64,000 bases of DNA from Candidatus Kapaibacterium sp. (GTDB lineage: Bacteria > Bacteroidota > Ignavibacteria > Kapaibacteriales > Kapaibacteriaceae), in contig JBGAJM010000003.1 in the NCBI GenBank assembly GCA_044224925.1, positions 259,855 to 323,854 of the forward strand, read 5' to 3'. Under the pieces are notes generated by a model, which had not been told where the DNA came from, searched no databases, and saw only the letters and a list, made by a program, of their open reading frames with translations. A program made the translations under genes and the position numbers. Positions 1-11,584 of the stretch are shown in pieces (within the stretch, counting starts at the first letter, position 1; each line of letters starts with the position of its first letter).

Positions 1-859
1 GTTAGAGAACATCAGTTTTGCTGAGCCCGTGATCAATCAAAGCATTGAGGCACGAACGCTGGCAGATCAAGACAAGTTGACGGAATCCTTACATCGGCTC
101 TCTGAAGAAGATCCGACGTTTCGATTCCATACTGATGCGGAGACAGGACAGATCATCATCAGCGGTGTTGGGGAGCTCCATTTGGAGATCCTTGCCGACC
201 GACTGAAGCGAGAGTTCAACGTCCCCGTCAAAGTTGGAAAACCTCAGGTTGCATATCGAGAAACGATTACTTCCACGGCACGGCACGAGGGCACCTTTGT
301 CCGAAGCGCCACCGGGAAGAATCAATTCGGCCAGGTCACCATTGAGCTGCGTCCGAACGAGTCGGGAAAAGGCTTTGCGTTCGTCAACGAACTACAACCA
401 CAAGCACTTCCCGAATCGTATGTCAAGAGTGCCGAACAGGGAGCCTTAGAGGCTCTCAAGGTTGGCCCGATCGCAGGGTATCCCATGATCGATATCGTGG
501 CGGCCCTGGTCGATGCGGTCTATATCGAGGAAGACTCGACCGAGTTGGCGTATGCCATCGCGGCCTCCATCGCAGCGAAAGATGCTGCGAGGATCGCCAC
601 ACCGGTGATCATGGAGCCTGTCTTCCACGTAGAGGTCGTTACGCCCGAAGAATATGTGGGAGAGGTCATTGCTGACCTCAGTTCCCGCAGCGGCAGGATA
701 GAGGGCATTCAGATGCGCGATATCCTGCAAGTAGTGACGGCGGTGGTACCCCTGTCACAACTATTCGGCTACGTAACGCAGTTGCGCTCGCTCACACAAG
801 GGCGTGGTTCGTACACGATGCGTTTTTCGCATTACGAGCCCGCACTCTCTCGCCGATAG
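1..859 (+). CDS. fusA: elongation factor G, C-terminal portion (5' end lies outside window)
   Basis: ORF 29..859 translation matches EF-G domains IV-V (GELHLEILADRLKREF...); frame is open back to base 1; followed by tuf. Confidence 0.9.
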   Translation, partial: LENISFAEPVINQSIEARTLADQDKLTESLHRLSEEDPTFRFHTDAETGQIIISGVGELHLEILADRLKREFNVPVKVGKPQVAYRETITSTARHEGTFVRSATGKNQFGQVTIELRPNESGKGFAFVNELQPQALPESYVKSAEQGALEALKVGPIAGYPMIDIVAALVDAVYIEEDSTELAYAIAASIAAKDAARIATPVIMEPVFHVEVVTPEEYVGEVIADLSSRSGRIEGIQMRDILQVVTAVVPLSQLFGYVTQLRSLTQGRGSYTMRFSHYEPALSRR

Positions 860-1005
860 GCGCGGGAAGTTTTCTTTTGACCGAATTCAAAAGCATTTGG
901 TCATGTCCAGAAATTCCCGTACCTTTGCTTTCTATTCCGTTTCGAACTCGACAAGCAACACACAATTCGTAACACAACCTTCCTGCAACCAGAGGAGATT
1001 GTTCC

Positions 1006-2214
1006 ATGGCAAAAGAAACCTTCAACCGGAGCAAGCCGCACGTAAACGTTGGCACGATTGGCCACGTTGACCACGGCAAGACGACGCTCACAGCAGCGAT
1101 CACGATGACGCTCGCTAAGCGTGGCCTTTCTGAAAAGCGTTCGTTCGACTCGATCGACAACGCACCAGAAGAAAAGGCACGCGGGATCACGATCGCTACG
1201 GCGCACGTAGAGTATGAGACGGAGAACCGTCACTATGCTCACGTGGACTGTCCGGGCCACGCCGATTATGTGAAGAACATGATCACGGGTGCCGCACAGA
1301 TGGACGGCGCGATCCTTGTAGTGGCAGCAACAGACGGTCCGATGCCACAAACGCGTGAGCACATCCTGCTTGCACGTCAGGTTGGAGTACCACGTATCGT
1401 GGTCTTCATGAACAAGGTCGACATTGCAGATCCAGAACTCGTAGACCTCGTAGAACTCGAGATCCGCGAACTGCTCAGCAAGTATGAATTCCCTGGAGAC
1501 GACATTCCGATCGTCAAGGGTTCTGCCCTCAAGGCACTCGATGCAGCTTCTTCCGATTCGACGTCCAAGGACGATCCGGACATGGAATGCATCATGGAGC
1601 TCATGAATGCAGTGGACACCTACATCCCAACGCCAGTACGTGATATCGACAAGCCATTCCTGATGCCGGTCGAGGACGTGTTCTCGATCACGGGTCGTGG
1701 TACGGTAGGAACGGGTCGTATCGAGCGTGGCGTTGTCAAGCTCAACGAAGAAGTCGAGATCGTCGGTTTCGGTCTTCAGAAGAAGACCACCGTCACGGGT
1801 ATCGAAATGTTCCGCAAGCTGCTCGACGAAGGTCGTGCCGGCGACAACGTAGGACTTCTCCTTCGTGGTGTGGACAAGGAAGAACTCGAGCGCGGAATGG
1901 TATTGGCCAAGACCGGTTCGATCACGCCGCACACGAAGTTCAAGGCACAGGCATATGTTCTGACGAAGGAAGAGGGCGGACGTCACACGCCATTCTTCAC
2001 CAACTACCGCCCACAATTCTACTTCCGTACAACGGACGTAACGGGTGTGTTGGATCTTCCTGCAGGACTGGAAATGATCATGCCTGGTGATAATGTTGAC
2101 AATCTTGACGTCACCCTGATCACTCCTGTTGCAATGGACACTGGATTGCGCTTCGCTATTCGCGAAGGCGGTCGTACGGTCGGTGCTGGAGTTGTAACGG
2201 AAATCATCGAATAA
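1006..2214 (+). CDS. tuf: elongation factor Tu
   Basis: 402 aa with [18 protein letters not shown] and NKVD GTPase motifs; full-length EF-Tu. Confidence 0.97.
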   Translation: MAKETFNRSKPHVNVGTIGHVDHGKTTLTAAITMTLAKRGLSEKRSFDSIDNAPEEKARGITIATAHVEYETENRHYAHVDCPGHADYVKNMITGAAQMDGAILVVAATDGPMPQTREHILLARQVGVPRIVVFMNKVDIADPELVDLVELEIRELLSKYEFPGDDIPIVKGSALKALDAASSDSTSKDDPDMECIMELMNAVDTYIPTPVRDIDKPFLMPVEDVFSITGRGTVGTGRIERGVVKLNEEVEIVGFGLQKKTTVTGIEMFRKLLDEGRAGDNVGLLLRGVDKEELERGMVLAKTGSITPHTKFKAQAYVLTKEEGGRHTPFFTNYRPQFYFRTTDVTGVLDLPAGLEMIMPGDNVDNLDVTLITPVAMDTGLRFAIREGGRTVGAGVVTEIIE

Positions 2215-2234
2215 GCAACGCATAGAATCGGAAC

Positions 2235-2264
2235 AGAGGGAAGGCCCGCCTTCCCTCTTTTTGT
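2235..2264 (+). terminator. rho-independent terminator after tuf
   Basis: inverted repeat AGAGGGAAGG-CCCG-CCTTCCCTCT followed by TTTTGT. Confidence 0.6.
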
Positions 2265-2301
2265 CTCCGACCTAGCAAGAGCCTTACAGGAGAACTAACG
2301 A

Positions 2302-2610
2302 GTGGCAACGCAACGCATTCGCATCAAGCTTCGCTCATACGATCATAATCTGATCGATAGATCGGCTGAGCGCATCGTCCGGACGGTGAAGCAAACGGGA
2401 GCCGTGGTATCGGGCCCGATTCCGCTGCCAACGGAAAAAACTGTCTACACGGTGCTTCGTTCACCGCACGTAGATAAGAAGTCTCGTGAGCAATTCGAAG
2501 CACGCGTGCACAAGCGTTTGATCGACATCTTCAGCTCGACGCAGAAGACCATCGATGCGCTCATGCGCCTGGAGTTGCCAGCTGGAGTTGATGTCGAAGT
2601 GAAGGTGTAA
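2302..2610 (+). CDS. rpsJ: 30S ribosomal protein S10
   Basis: 102 aa, [21 protein letters not shown] signature; head of S10 operon. Confidence 0.95.
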   Translation: MATQRIRIKLRSYDHNLIDRSAERIVRTVKQTGAVVSGPIPLPTEKTVYTVLRSPHVDKKSREQFEARVHKRLIDIFSSTQKTIDALMRLELPAGVDVEVKV

Positions 2611-2623
2611 AGGACTGACCCAA

Positions 2624-3244
2624 ATGAGCGCATTACTTGGACGAAAAATAGGGATGACGAGCATCTTCACAGAAGACGGCGCCTTTGTGCCGTGCACTGT
2701 GATCGAAGCCGGACCATGCCCGGTAACACAGGTGAGAACCCTGGAGAAGGACGGATACACAGCGGCGCAGATCGGTTTCGGTCTCATCGCTGAGCGGAAG
2801 GTGAACAAGCCACGCGCCGGACACTTCGCGAAAGCGAACACGGCACCGGTACGTCATCTGAAGGAGTTCCGTCAGCTTGCCAACACGGTTGCACTTGGAG
2901 ACATTCTCACAGTGGAGACCTTCGTGGTCGGAGACAAAGTAAAGGTCTCTGCAACGAGCAAGGGTCGTGGATTCCAGGGTGTTGTCAAGCGTCACCACTT
3001 CAGTGGTGTCGGTATGGCAACGCACGGTCAGAGCGACCGTCCACGTGCTCCGGGTTCCATTGGTTCCTCGTCGTTCCCATCCCGCGTTTTCAAGGGATTG
3101 CGGATGGCAGGGCGGATGGGTGGAACGCGCATCACGACGCGCAATCTGACCGTCTTGCGAGTGATGCCCGAAAGCAATCTCTTGTTGGTAAAGGGCAGCA
3201 TTCCGGGAGCACCGAATGCTATCATTGAAATTGTGAAGCTATAA
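2624..3244 (+). CDS. rplC: 50S ribosomal protein L3
   Basis: 206 aa, [16 protein letters not shown] start typical of L3; operon position. Confidence 0.95.
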   Translation: MSALLGRKIGMTSIFTEDGAFVPCTVIEAGPCPVTQVRTLEKDGYTAAQIGFGLIAERKVNKPRAGHFAKANTAPVRHLKEFRQLANTVALGDILTVETFVVGDKVKVSATSKGRGFQGVVKRHHFSGVGMATHGQSDRPRAPGSIGSSSFPSRVFKGLRMAGRMGGTRITTRNLTVLRVMPESNLLLVKGSIPGAPNAIIEIVKL

Positions 3245-3256
3245 GAGAACACGACC

Positions 3257-3883
3257 ATGACAGTGGATGTACGAACAAAAGACGGTGCCACAGCAGGCAC
3301 GATCGAGCTCCCCGAGTCGATCTTCGGAGTCGAGCCGAACGAGCACGCCATGTATCAGGCAGTGCGAGCATATCTCGCGCATCGCCGTCAGGGCACTGCG
3401 AAGACCAAGACGCGCACGGAAGTGCGTGGTGGCGGGAAGAAGCCGTTCAAGCAAAAGGGAACGGGTGGAGCACGTCGCGGTTCGAGCCGCTCGCCACTCA
3501 ACCCTGGTGGAGGCATCATTCACGGGCCGGTTCCGCACTTGTACAGTGTTGACCTGCCGATCAAGGTCAAGCGCCTTGCTCGGAAGTCCGCTCTCGCACT
3601 TCGCGCAAAGGAATCGAATCTTGTTGTGGTCGAGGACTTCACGCTCCCGGTAGCGAAGACCAAGGACATGGCAACGATCCTCAAGGCATTGAACATCGAC
3701 GGTAAGGTGTTGGTGTTGCTTCCATCGGTCGATCAGACCATTGTGAAGTCGGCACGCAACATTCCGGGAGTGACGACATTTCCGGCAGACAAGATCTCGG
3801 CATACGATGTGTTGAGCCATGGCAAGCTGTTGATCTTCAAGAGCGCCATGCAGACACTTGAACAATCATTTGGCACGAACTAA
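3257..3883 (+). CDS. rplD: 50S ribosomal protein L4
   Basis: 208 aa, operon position and L4-like sequence (GGGKKPFKQKGTGGARRGS). Confidence 0.93.
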   Translation: MTVDVRTKDGATAGTIELPESIFGVEPNEHAMYQAVRAYLAHRRQGTAKTKTRTEVRGGGKKPFKQKGTGGARRGSSRSPLNPGGGIIHGPVPHLYSVDLPIKVKRLARKSALALRAKESNLVVVEDFTLPVAKTKDMATILKALNIDGKVLVLLPSVDQTIVKSARNIPGVTTFPADKISAYDVLSHGKLLIFKSAMQTLEQSFGTN

Positions 3884-3898
3884 GAGACGGCGTACGAC

Positions 3899-4204
3899 AT
3901 GATCACAGTGCTCAGAAAACCGGTGATTACAGAGAAGGCCACTTCTGTGGGCTATCTGCGCCAATACGTCTTCGAAGTCGATCCGAACGCGAACAAGGTC
4001 CAGATCCGCGCGGCTCTGAAGCAAATGTTCGACGTTGAGGTGGACAGTATCCGTACTGTTCGCACCAAGGGCAAGGTCAAGTCACGCATGACGCGTCGTG
4101 GCATTCAGACAGGTCGCACGAACCTTCGCAAGAAGGCCTATGTGACGCTGAAAGAAGGACAGACGATCGACGTGGTGGCAGGCGAAGGCGGATCGGAAGA
4201 CTAA
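3899..4204 (+). CDS. rplW: 50S ribosomal protein L23
   Basis: 101 aa, ITEKATSVG...YVFEVDPNANKVQIRAALKQMFDVEV. Confidence 0.93.
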   Translation: MITVLRKPVITEKATSVGYLRQYVFEVDPNANKVQIRAALKQMFDVEVDSIRTVRTKGKVKSRMTRRGIQTGRTNLRKKAYVTLKEGQTIDVVAGEGGSED

Positions 4205-4234
4205 TAGCTAGAACGGAAATCGGAGAACGCACCA

Positions 4235-5071
4235 ATGGCAATTCGTAAACTCAGACCGATCACACCGGGCACCAGGCACTACAGCTTGAGCACGTTTGAC
4301 GAGATCACGGCAACAACGCCGGAGCGGTCTCTCACGTCGCCGCTGAAGAAGTCGGGCGGACGGAACAACACCGGACGTGTCACATCACGTCACCGTGGTG
4401 GTGGACATAAGCGTTTGTATCGCATCATCGATTTCAAGCGCAACAAGTTGAACATGGAGGCAACGGTCCTCACGATCGAGTACGATCCGAATCGTACATG
4501 CCGCATTGCACTTGTGGAGTACACGGACGGAGAGAAGCGGTACATCCTGGCACCGGACAAGGTGAAGGTTGGAACGAAGATCATGGCGAGCGAGAATGCC
4601 GACCTCAAGGACGGCAATGCGCTTCCGCTGAACAAGATCCCCTTCGGTCTGTTCGTACACAACATCGAAATGAAGCCGGGCAAGGGTGGACAGATGGCGC
4701 GCAGCGCTGGTACGTCCGCACAGCTCGTTGGACTGGACAATGGCAAGGCACAATTGAAGTTGCCTTCAGGCGAGATCCGCATGGTTCCGGGCAATTGCAT
4801 GGCAACTCTTGGAGTGGTCAGCAATGGTGAGCAGGAGAACATCATGTGGGGTAAGGCCGGACGTATGCGTTGGAAGGGTGTTCGCCCTCAGACGCGTGGT
4901 ATGGCCATGAATCCGATCGACCACCCGAACGGTGGTGGTGAAGGTCGCTCGAAGTCCGGTGGTGGACGTCAACACCTCCGTTCGCCATGGGGTCAGCTCG
5001 CAAAGGGTCTCAAGACGCGCAAGAAGAAGAAGGCGTCGAACGATCTCATCATCCGTCACAGAAACGCATAA
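4235..5071 (+). CDS. rplB: 50S ribosomal protein L2
   Basis: 278 aa, [22 protein letters not shown] and C-terminal [16 protein letters not shown] motifs. Confidence 0.96.
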   Translation: MAIRKLRPITPGTRHYSLSTFDEITATTPERSLTSPLKKSGGRNNTGRVTSRHRGGGHKRLYRIIDFKRNKLNMEATVLTIEYDPNRTCRIALVEYTDGEKRYILAPDKVKVGTKIMASENADLKDGNALPLNKIPFGLFVHNIEMKPGKGGQMARSAGTSAQLVGLDNGKAQLKLPSGEIRMVPGNCMATLGVVSNGEQENIMWGKAGRMRWKGVRPQTRGMAMNPIDHPNGGGEGRSKSGGGRQHLRSPWGQLAKGLKTRKKKKASNDLIIRHRNA

Positions 5072-5100
5072 TCGAAGCGAACTCGTAAGGATCAGAACCT

Positions 5101-5388
5101 ATGCCTCGTTCACTGAAAAAAGAACCATTCATCAGCTACAAGCTGACGAAGAAGGTCGATGCGATGAATGCCAACGCAAAGAAGGCTGTCATCAAGACAT
5201 GGGCGCGTTCTTCGGTCATCGCTCCTGATTTCGTGGGACACACGTTCGCCGTGCACAACGGCAACAAGTTCATCCCGGTCTATGTAACGGAGAACATGGT
5301 GGGTCACAAGCTGGGTGAGTTTTCGCCGACGCGGACGTTCCGGGGACATTCCGGAAACCGTAAGGATCTCAAGACAGGAAAGAAATAA
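5101..5388 (+). CDS. rpsS: 30S ribosomal protein S19
   Basis: 95 aa, [11 protein letters not shown]...[17 protein letters not shown]. Confidence 0.95.
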   Translation: MPRSLKKEPFISYKLTKKVDAMNANAKKAVIKTWARSSVIAPDFVGHTFAVHNGNKFIPVYVTENMVGHKLGEFSPTRTFRGHSGNRKDLKTGKK

Positions 5389-5397
5389 CGAGACGCA

Positions 5398-5739
5398 ATG
5401 ATGGAAGCACGCGCAATCAAACGGTACACGCGGTCATCGCCACGCAAGATGCGGTTGGTGGTGGACCTTATCCGCGGTAAGTCGGCGGCATTCGCTCTCA
5501 ACGCCCTGCAGTTTTCGGACAAGCAGGCAGCGGAGATCGCAGAGCTCACGCTCAAGAGTGCCATCAACAACCTTCAGCAGAAGGACTCGGGAGTCGATCC
5601 TGAATCCATCTACGTGAAAGAGGCCTTTGTGGACCCGGGTCCAACGATCAAGCGGATCTCGCCAGCACCAATGGGACGTGCCTACCGTATTCGGAAGCGC
5701 TCGCACCATCTCACGATCATCGTTTCGGTGAAACAGTAA
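5398..5739 (+). CDS. rplV: 50S ribosomal protein L22
   Basis: 113 aa, SPRKMRLVVDLIRGK signature. Confidence 0.93.
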   Translation: MMEARAIKRYTRSSPRKMRLVVDLIRGKSAAFALNALQFSDKQAAEIAELTLKSAINNLQQKDSGVDPESIYVKEAFVDPGPTIKRISPAPMGRAYRIRKRSHHLTIIVSVKQ

Positions 5740-5751
5740 CGGAGCACTTCC

Positions 5752-6399
5752 TTGGGTCAGAAAACACATCCTATCGGACTTCGCCTTGGCATCATCCGTC
5801 AATGGGAAGCAAATTGGTTCGACGAAAAGAACGTAGCGGAAAAGCTTCAAGAAGACTTGATGGTTCGCAACTACATCAAGAATCGTTTGAAGAAGGCCGG
5901 CGTCGCTCGCGTGATCGTTGAGCGTACGGCAAAGCAACTCCGCATCACGATCAACACATCACGTCCAGGCGTGATCATCGGTCGCAGCGGGAAGGACATC
6001 TCGCAGCTCGAAGAAGAATTGCGCAAGATCACGAAGAAGGAAGTCAAGATCCTGATCAGTGAGATCAAGCGTCCCGAGCTCGATGCCCAACTGGTGGCCG
6101 ACAACATCGCACAGCAACTCGAAGGACGGATCTCGTTCCGTCGCGCCATGAAGAATGCCGTGAGCTCCACGATGCGAGTAGGCGCAGAAGGCGTCCGTAT
6201 CATGTGTTCGGGACGACTGGGCGGTGCGGACATGAGCCGTACCGAACAATACAAGGAAGGTCGCGTTCCGCTGCACACGCTGCGAGCCGACATCGACTAT
6301 GCGCAAGGCCGAGCAGAGACCGTCTACGGTTCGCTGGGCATCAAGGTCTGGATCTGCCGTGGCGAAGTGATCGGCAAGCAACAAAGCAAAGAACAATAA
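5752..6399 (+). CDS. rpsC: 30S ribosomal protein S3
   Basis: 215 aa, MGQKTHPIGLRLG start, KH domain. Confidence 0.95.
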   Translation: MGQKTHPIGLRLGIIRQWEANWFDEKNVAEKLQEDLMVRNYIKNRLKKAGVARVIVERTAKQLRITINTSRPGVIIGRSGKDISQLEEELRKITKKEVKILISEIKRPELDAQLVADNIAQQLEGRISFRRAMKNAVSSTMRVGAEGVRIMCSGRLGGADMSRTEQYKEGRVPLHTLRADIDYAQGRAETVYGSLGIKVWICRGEVIGKQQSKEQ

Positions 6400-6421
6400 C
6401 AACCTCAGCTGACGAACCGTT

Positions 6422-6841
6422 ATGCTCATCCCAAAAAGAGTCAAGCACAGGAAAACACAACGCGGACGCCGTCGCGGCAAAGCGTATCGTGGTTCCACCG
6501 TGGCCTTCGGGTCGTATGGTCTCAAGGCGCTCGAATGTGCATGGATCACCAATCGCCAGATCGAGTCCGCTCGTATCGCCATCAACCGCTACCTGCGTCG
6601 TGATGGTAAGGTGTGGATCCGCATCTTCCCAGACAAGCCTGTTACCAAGAAGCCGGCAGAGACCCGAATGGGTTCCGGAAAAGGTAATCCGGAATTGTGG
6701 GTAGCAGTGGTCAAGCCGGGGCGGATCTTGTTCGAGATCGACGGAGTGACGAAGGAACGCGCGGTGGAAGCCGTACGTCTCGCATCGCACAAGCTCCCGA
6801 TCAAGTGCAAGTTTGTTCAACGAGTAGATCTGGAGGCCTGA
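6422..6841 (+). CDS. rplP: 50S ribosomal protein L16
   Basis: 139 aa, [21 protein letters not shown]. Confidence 0.95.
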   Translation: MLIPKRVKHRKTQRGRRRGKAYRGSTVAFGSYGLKALECAWITNRQIESARIAINRYLRRDGKVWIRIFPDKPVTKKPAETRMGSGKGNPELWVAVVKPGRILFEIDGVTKERAVEAVRLASHKLPIKCKFVQRVDLEA

Positions 6842-6843
6842 TC

Positions 6844-7050
6844 ATGAAGGCACGCAAAGCAGCCGACCTGAAGGGTCTTCCAACGAATGAGTTGGTGGCC
6901 TTCCTCAAGGAAAGCGAAGAGAACATTACGAAGCTCCGCTTCCAGCTCGTCCTGGGTCAACTCCAGGATACAACGAGCATCCGCACGATGCGCAAGGACA
7001 TCGCGCGTATGAAGACGATCCTTGCTCAACGCGAGAATTCCGCCAACTGA
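6844..7050 (+). CDS. rpmC: 50S ribosomal protein L29
   Basis: ATG at 6844 inside ORF 6697..7050; 68 aa MKARKAADLKGLPTNELVAFLKESEENITKLRFQL. Confidence 0.9.
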   Translation: MKARKAADLKGLPTNELVAFLKESEENITKLRFQLVLGQLQDTTSIRTMRKDIARMKTILAQRENSAN

Positions 7051-7064
7051 TGTCGATGGGATGA

Positions 7065-7352
7065 ATGATGGCCGAGAACATGAACGATACAACCACGGTG
7101 GCTACGAGCAATAAAAAAGTTCGTACCGGTAAAGTGGTAAGCAACAAGGCGAACAAGACCATCGTGGTGAGCATCGAACGACAAGTCGCTCACCCGTTGT
7201 ACCGCAAGTACTTCAAGGTATCCAATAAGATCATGGCGCACGACGAGCGCAATGAATGCAACATTGGAGACACGGTGAAGGTCATTGAGAGCCGCCCGCT
7301 CAGCGCACGCAAGCGCTGGACGTTGGTCGAGATCATCGAACGAGCGAAGTAA
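7065..7352 (+). CDS. rpsQ: 30S ribosomal protein S17
   Basis: 95 aa, [28 protein letters not shown]. Confidence 0.93.
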   Translation: MMAENMNDTTTVATSNKKVRTGKVVSNKANKTIVVSIERQVAHPLYRKYFKVSNKIMAHDERNECNIGDTVKVIESRPLSARKRWTLVEIIERAK

Positions 7353-7364
7353 GGAAGTGAGACC

Positions 7365-7733
7365 ATGATCCAAGAAGAATCCAACCTCGTTGTAGCCGAC
7401 AATTCCGGTGCTCGTAAGCTTCGTTGCATTCGAGTCCTCGGTGGTCACGGAAAGCGTTATGCTTCCGTGGGCGACATTGTCGTGTGCTCTGTTAAATCGG
7501 CACTGCCGCAAGGCGCTGTCAAAAAAGGTGAAGTGGTGAAGGCCGTGATCGTTCGAACGAAGAAGGAATTGGGTCGCCGCGATGGCTCCTACATCCGCTT
7601 CGACGAGAACGCAGCCGTCATCATCAATAACAACTCGGAACCTCGCGGAACCCGCATCTTCGGACCGGTCGCCCGTGAACTTCGCGAGAAGAATTTCATG
7701 AAGATCATATCGTTGGCACCAGAGGTTATCTGA
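7365..7733 (+). CDS. rplN: 50S ribosomal protein L14
   Basis: 122 aa, [27 protein letters not shown]. Confidence 0.96.
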   Translation: MIQEESNLVVADNSGARKLRCIRVLGGHGKRYASVGDIVVCSVKSALPQGAVKKGEVVKAVIVRTKKELGRRDGSYIRFDENAAVIINNNSEPRGTRIFGPVARELREKNFMKIISLAPEVI

Positions 7734-7735
7734 CC

Positions 7736-8044
7736 ATGAAGCTCAAGATCAAAAAAGGCGACACTGTGAAGGTGATCGCAGGCAACAACAAGGGTTCTGT
7801 GGGACGTGTTCTTCAGATCAGCCCAACCGGCATGCGCGTCCTCGTCGAAGGTGTGAATCTTCGCTCCAAGGCCGTTCGCCCGTCGCAAACGAATCCAAAT
7901 GGCGGTATCGTCAAGCAGGAATCCTCGATCCACTACAGCAACGTGCAGCTTGTCGACAAGAACGGCAAGGCCACACGGGTAAAGACGGAACGCACGGAAT
8001 CCGGCTCGAAGCGCATTGCCAAGACCACGAACGAAGCACTCTAA
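7736..8044 (+). CDS. rplX: 50S ribosomal protein L24
   Basis: 102 aa, KIKKGDTVKVIAGNNKGSVGRVLQI KOW motif. Confidence 0.93.
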   Translation: MKLKIKKGDTVKVIAGNNKGSVGRVLQISPTGMRVLVEGVNLRSKAVRPSQTNPNGGIVKQESSIHYSNVQLVDKNGKATRVKTERTESGSKRIAKTTNEAL

Positions 8045-8071
8045 TAACGACTACTCTCAGGCGTACGAATC

Positions 8072-8701
8072 ATGGCGAAAACAGTAGTAAAAAAGGTCGA
8101 CTTCAAGCCCGAGGGCGCACGTCTCGAAGACGTCAGCACCGCCGTGGCCCCTGCTCGCCTTGCCGCCTTCTACCATGAAAACGTGGTACCGGCTCTGCAG
8201 AAGCGCTTCAACTACACGTCACCCATGCAGGTGCCACGGTTGGAGAAGATCACGTTGAACATTGGTGCCGGAGCGGCAGCATCGGACACGAAGATCCTCC
8301 AAGCGGCCGTGAACGAATTGGAACTCATCACAGGTCAGCGTCCTGCGGTCACCCGCGCACGCAAGTCCATCGCGAACTTCAAGCTCCGCGAAGGCATGCC
8401 GATCGGTGCTCGCGTCACGTTGCGTCGCGCACGGATGTATGAGTTCCTCGATCGTCTCATCAACATCGCATCGCCACGTATCCGCGACTTCCGCGGATTC
8501 TCGGACAAGAGCTTCGACGGCCGTGGGAACTACACCCTTGGCATCAAGGAGCAGATCATCTTCCCTGAGATCGACGTCGATAAGGTCAACCGCATCACGG
8601 GGATGGACGTGACCTTCGTCACGTCTGCAACAACGGATGAAGAAGCGCAAGCGCTTCTGCAAGAATTTGGTTTTCCATTCCGCAAACGGGATCAACAGTA
8701 A
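8072..8701 (+). CDS. rplE: 50S ribosomal protein L5
   Basis: 209 aa, operon position, L5-like. Confidence 0.93.
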   Translation: MAKTVVKKVDFKPEGARLEDVSTAVAPARLAAFYHENVVPALQKRFNYTSPMQVPRLEKITLNIGAGAAASDTKILQAAVNELELITGQRPAVTRARKSIANFKLREGMPIGARVTLRRARMYEFLDRLINIASPRIRDFRGFSDKSFDGRGNYTLGIKEQIIFPEIDVDKVNRITGMDVTFVTSATTDEEAQALLQEFGFPFRKRDQQ

Positions 8702-8970
8702 TGGCTAAGAAGTCCATCATCGCTCGAAATGAAAAGCGTCAGCGCCTCGTGGCCAAGTATGCTGCCAAGCGTGCCGAACTCAAGGCAGCCGGTGACATGG
8801 TAGGCCTCCAGAAGCTTCCACGGAACAGCGCAAAGGTGCGCGTTCGCAACCGTTGCCTTGTAACGGGACGTGGTAAGGGTGTGTATCGCAAGTTCGGCCT
8901 TTGCCGGAACATGTTCCGCTTGCTTGCCTTGGAAGGTAAGATCCCGGGCATTCGTAAGAGCAGCTGGTAA
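8701..8970 (+). CDS. rpsN: 30S ribosomal protein S14 (long form)
   Basis: 89 aa, [20 protein letters not shown]...[19 protein letters not shown]. Confidence 0.92.
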   Translation: MAKKSIIARNEKRQRLVAKYAAKRAELKAAGDMVGLQKLPRNSAKVRVRNRCLVTGRGKGVYRKFGLCRNMFRLLALEGKIPGIRKSSW

Positions 8971-9016
8971 GACACGAGCCGCCAACAGATTCTGAACACG
9001 ACAACGACAGACCATT

Positions 9017-9412
9017 ATGCCAGTATCAGACACCATCGCCGATTTCCTCACGCGCATTCGTAACGCCGTCGCTGCAAAGCATAAGACGACCGTTGTGCCA
9101 TGCTCGAATTTGAAACTCGGGATCGCCGCCATCCTCAAGGAACAAGGCTTCATTGCCGACTTCGAGAAGGTGGACGACGATAAGCAGGGCGTCCTGCACA
9201 TCAAGCTTCGCTATTACCTCGGTCAGCCCGTCATTCGCGAGATCAAGCGAGTGAGCAAGCCCGGACGTCGCGTCTACGCGTCGGTCGACAAGCTTCCACG
9301 GGTCCGCAACGGACTGGGTATTGCGATCGTGTCCACCCCTCGTGGTGTGATGACCGATAAGCAGGCGCGCCGCGAAAACGTGGGCGGTGAAATTCTCTGT
9401 ACGATCTGGTAA
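9017..9412 (+). CDS. rpsH: 30S ribosomal protein S8
   Basis: 131 aa, DTIADFLTRIRNA signature. Confidence 0.95.
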   Translation: MPVSDTIADFLTRIRNAVAAKHKTTVVPCSNLKLGIAAILKEQGFIADFEKVDDDKQGVLHIKLRYYLGQPVIREIKRVSKPGRRVYASVDKLPRVRNGLGIAIVSTPRGVMTDKQARRENVGGEILCTIW

Positions 9413-9438
9413 GAACGAGTAGCGTAGGAGCGATCAGC

Positions 9439-9978
9439 ATGTCACGAGTTGGGAAGAAACAGATCATCATACCGAAGAACGTGAATTTCACGGTCGCGAA
9501 TGGTGTGATCAACGTCAAAGGACCGAAGGGCGAAATGAAATTCCCCCTGCACGAGTCCATCTCCTATCAGGTAGAGGGCGATGTCCTTACGTTCGATCGT
9601 GCAAACGACGACAAGAAGGTACGTTCGCTGCACGGCCTCACGCGTGCGACCACGGCCTGGATGGTGGAAGGCGTTGTAAATGGCTTTACACGCAACCTGC
9701 AAGTGGAAGGTGTTGGATATAAGGTCGAGATGCGCGGCAAGAACTTGCTGCTCAATCTTGGCTATTCACACCCGATCCTCTTCATCCCACCTGATGGTGT
9801 GGAGTTCGCAGTGACGACGCCGACGGTCTTCGCCGTCAAGGGCATGGACAAGCACCTGGTGGGCGAGGTCGCCTCGAAGGTTCGCAAGCTCCGCCCACCC
9901 GAGCCGTACAAGGGCAAGGGTATTCGCTACGAAGGTGAGTTCATTCGCCGCAAGGCCGGTAAGTCGGCAGGGAAGTAA
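9439..9978 (+). CDS. rplF: 50S ribosomal protein L6
   Basis: 179 aa, MSRVGKKQIIIPKNVNF. Confidence 0.95.
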   Translation: MSRVGKKQIIIPKNVNFTVANGVINVKGPKGEMKFPLHESISYQVEGDVLTFDRANDDKKVRSLHGLTRATTAWMVEGVVNGFTRNLQVEGVGYKVEMRGKNLLLNLGYSHPILFIPPDGVEFAVTTPTVFAVKGMDKHLVGEVASKVRKLRPPEPYKGKGIRYEGEFIRRKAGKSAGK

Positions 9979-9996
9979 GGACAAAGGAACGCAACG

Positions 9997-10368
9997 ATGA
10001 ATCGACTAGACTCAAAATCACATCGCCAGGTACGTCGCAAAATGCGCGTACGCCGCAAGGTCACGGGAACACCGGAGCGCTATCGCTTGAGCGTGTTCCG
10101 GTCGGTGAACCACATCTATGCGCAGATCATCGACGATACAACGTCGAAGACACTTGTCTCGGCCTCGACGGTCGACAAGGAGATCCGCGCCCAGATCAGC
10201 AAGGACATGGACAAGTCCGCCGAAAGCAAGCTCGTTGGAGTGCTCTTGGCCAAGCGTGCCAAGGCGAACAACATCGCACGCGTGGCCTTCGACCGCAACG
10301 GCTACCTGTACCACGGTCGCGTGAAGTCCCTCGCCGAGGGTGCACGTGAAGGTGGACTCGATTTCTAA
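9997..10368 (+). CDS. rplR: 50S ribosomal protein L18
   Basis: 123 aa, operon position, L18-like C-terminus [25 protein letters not shown]. Confidence 0.93.
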   Translation: MNRLDSKSHRQVRRKMRVRRKVTGTPERYRLSVFRSVNHIYAQIIDDTTSKTLVSASTVDKEIRAQISKDMDKSAESKLVGVLLAKRAKANNIARVAFDRNGYLYHGRVKSLAEGAREGGLDF

Positions 10369-10395
10369 CGAACGCATTCAACCGGAGAATACTCT

Positions 10396-10899
10396 GTGGC
10401 AAAACATAAAGTCTCTGATCTGAACTTGAAGGACAAGATCGTCTACGTTGGTCGTACGGCGAAAGTGGTCAAGGGCGGACGTCGATTCAACTTCTCGGCC
10501 ATCGTCGTCGTCGGCGATGAGAATGGCCACGTAGGCTTTGGCCTGGGTAAGGCCGGCGAAGTATCCGATGCTGTGACCAAGGCAACGGAAGCAGCCAAGA
10601 AGGCCGTTGTGAAGGTTCGCCTTCAAAACGGTACGGTGCCGCATCAAGTGATCGGGAAGTTCGGAGCGGCCAAGGTCCTTGTACGTCCGGCAACACCGGG
10701 TACGGGAGTCATCGCCGCCGGTGGTGTTCGCGCCATCTTGGAATTGGCCGGTGTCAAGGACGTGCTCACGAAGAGCCAAGGCTCGTCGAATCCGCACAAC
10801 ACGGTGAAGGCCACCATGGCAGCATTGGCATTGCTGGAAGACGCAGGTTCTGTGGCAGCTCGCCGCGGAGTGTCGACCACGAAGGTTCTCATCGGATAA
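10396..10899 (+). CDS. rpsE: 30S ribosomal protein S5
   Basis: 167 aa, [30 protein letters not shown]. Confidence 0.95.
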   Translation: MAKHKVSDLNLKDKIVYVGRTAKVVKGGRRFNFSAIVVVGDENGHVGFGLGKAGEVSDAVTKATEAAKKAVVKVRLQNGTVPHQVIGKFGAAKVLVRPATPGTGVIAAGGVRAILELAGVKDVLTKSQGSSNPHNTVKATMAALALLEDAGSVAARRGVSTTKVLIG

Positions 10900-10925
10900 G
10901 CAAGCGCAAACGAAGGACAGGCATC

Positions 10926-11108
10926 ATGAAGATCAAGATCACACAGGTACGCAGTATCATCGGAACGCTCAAGTCGCACAAGGCCACGATCAAGGCGCTT
11001 GGACTTGGACATCCGAACAATACCGTTATCAAGACCAAGAATCCGCAGATCCTTGGCATGGTGAATGCTGTTCGCCATCTGGTGACAGTTGAAGAAATCG
11101 CAGACTAA
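10926..11108 (+). CDS. rpmD: 50S ribosomal protein L30
   Basis: 60 aa, MKIKITQVRSIIG. Confidence 0.9.
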   Translation: MKIKITQVRSIIGTLKSHKATIKALGLGHPNNTVIKTKNPQILGMVNAVRHLVTVEEIAD

Positions 11109-11116
11109 CACTCCCT

Positions 11117-11584
11117 ATGACCATGAAACACATCGGAAATCTGTCGCCCGCTCCGGGCTCGCGTCACAAGAAGAAGCGCGTTGGTCGCGGTGCCGGGTCC
11201 GGCCACGGTGGAACTGCCACACGCGGTCACAAGGGGCATCAGTCGCGCAGCGGCTTCAGCCAAAGCCCGGGCTTCGAGGGTGGCCAAATGCCACTCATTC
11301 GTCGTATCCCGAAGTTTGGATTCACGAACAATAACCGCGTCGAATATCAAGAAGTGAATGTGGCAACACTTCAGCGCTTGGTAGACGAAGCACGGATCAC
11401 CAACGGCGTCGTCGATGCCGAAGTGCTCTACGCACTTGGTGTGGTCCGCAAAAAGCGCCTTCCCGTGAAGGTCCTTGGAAACGGCGATCTGTCGGCAAAG
11501 CTGACCGTGAACGTCGACAAGGTCTCCGAAACAGCGAAGAGCAAGATCGAGTCGGCCGGAGGAGTGGTCAACACCAATGGCTAA
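11117..11584 (+). CDS. rplO: 50S ribosomal protein L15
   Basis: 155 aa, KKKRVGRGAGSGHGGTATRGHKG. Confidence 0.95.
   Translation: MTMKHIGNLSPAPGSRHKKKRVGRGAGSGHGGTATRGHKGHQSRSGFSQSPGFEGGQMPLIRRIPKFGFTNNNRVEYQEVNVATLQRLVDEARITNGVVDAEVLYALGVVRKKRLPVKVLGNGDLSAKLTVNVDKVSETAKSKIESAGGVVNTNG

Noticed and set aside
901-2223. 440-aa ORF antisense to tuf; similar long antisense ORFs at 16021..16773, 21447..22448, 45630..47240, 58130..59542 and others
   Set aside because: Arg/Cys/His-rich translations opposite well-supported genes. These are typical spurious ORFs of high-GC DNA.
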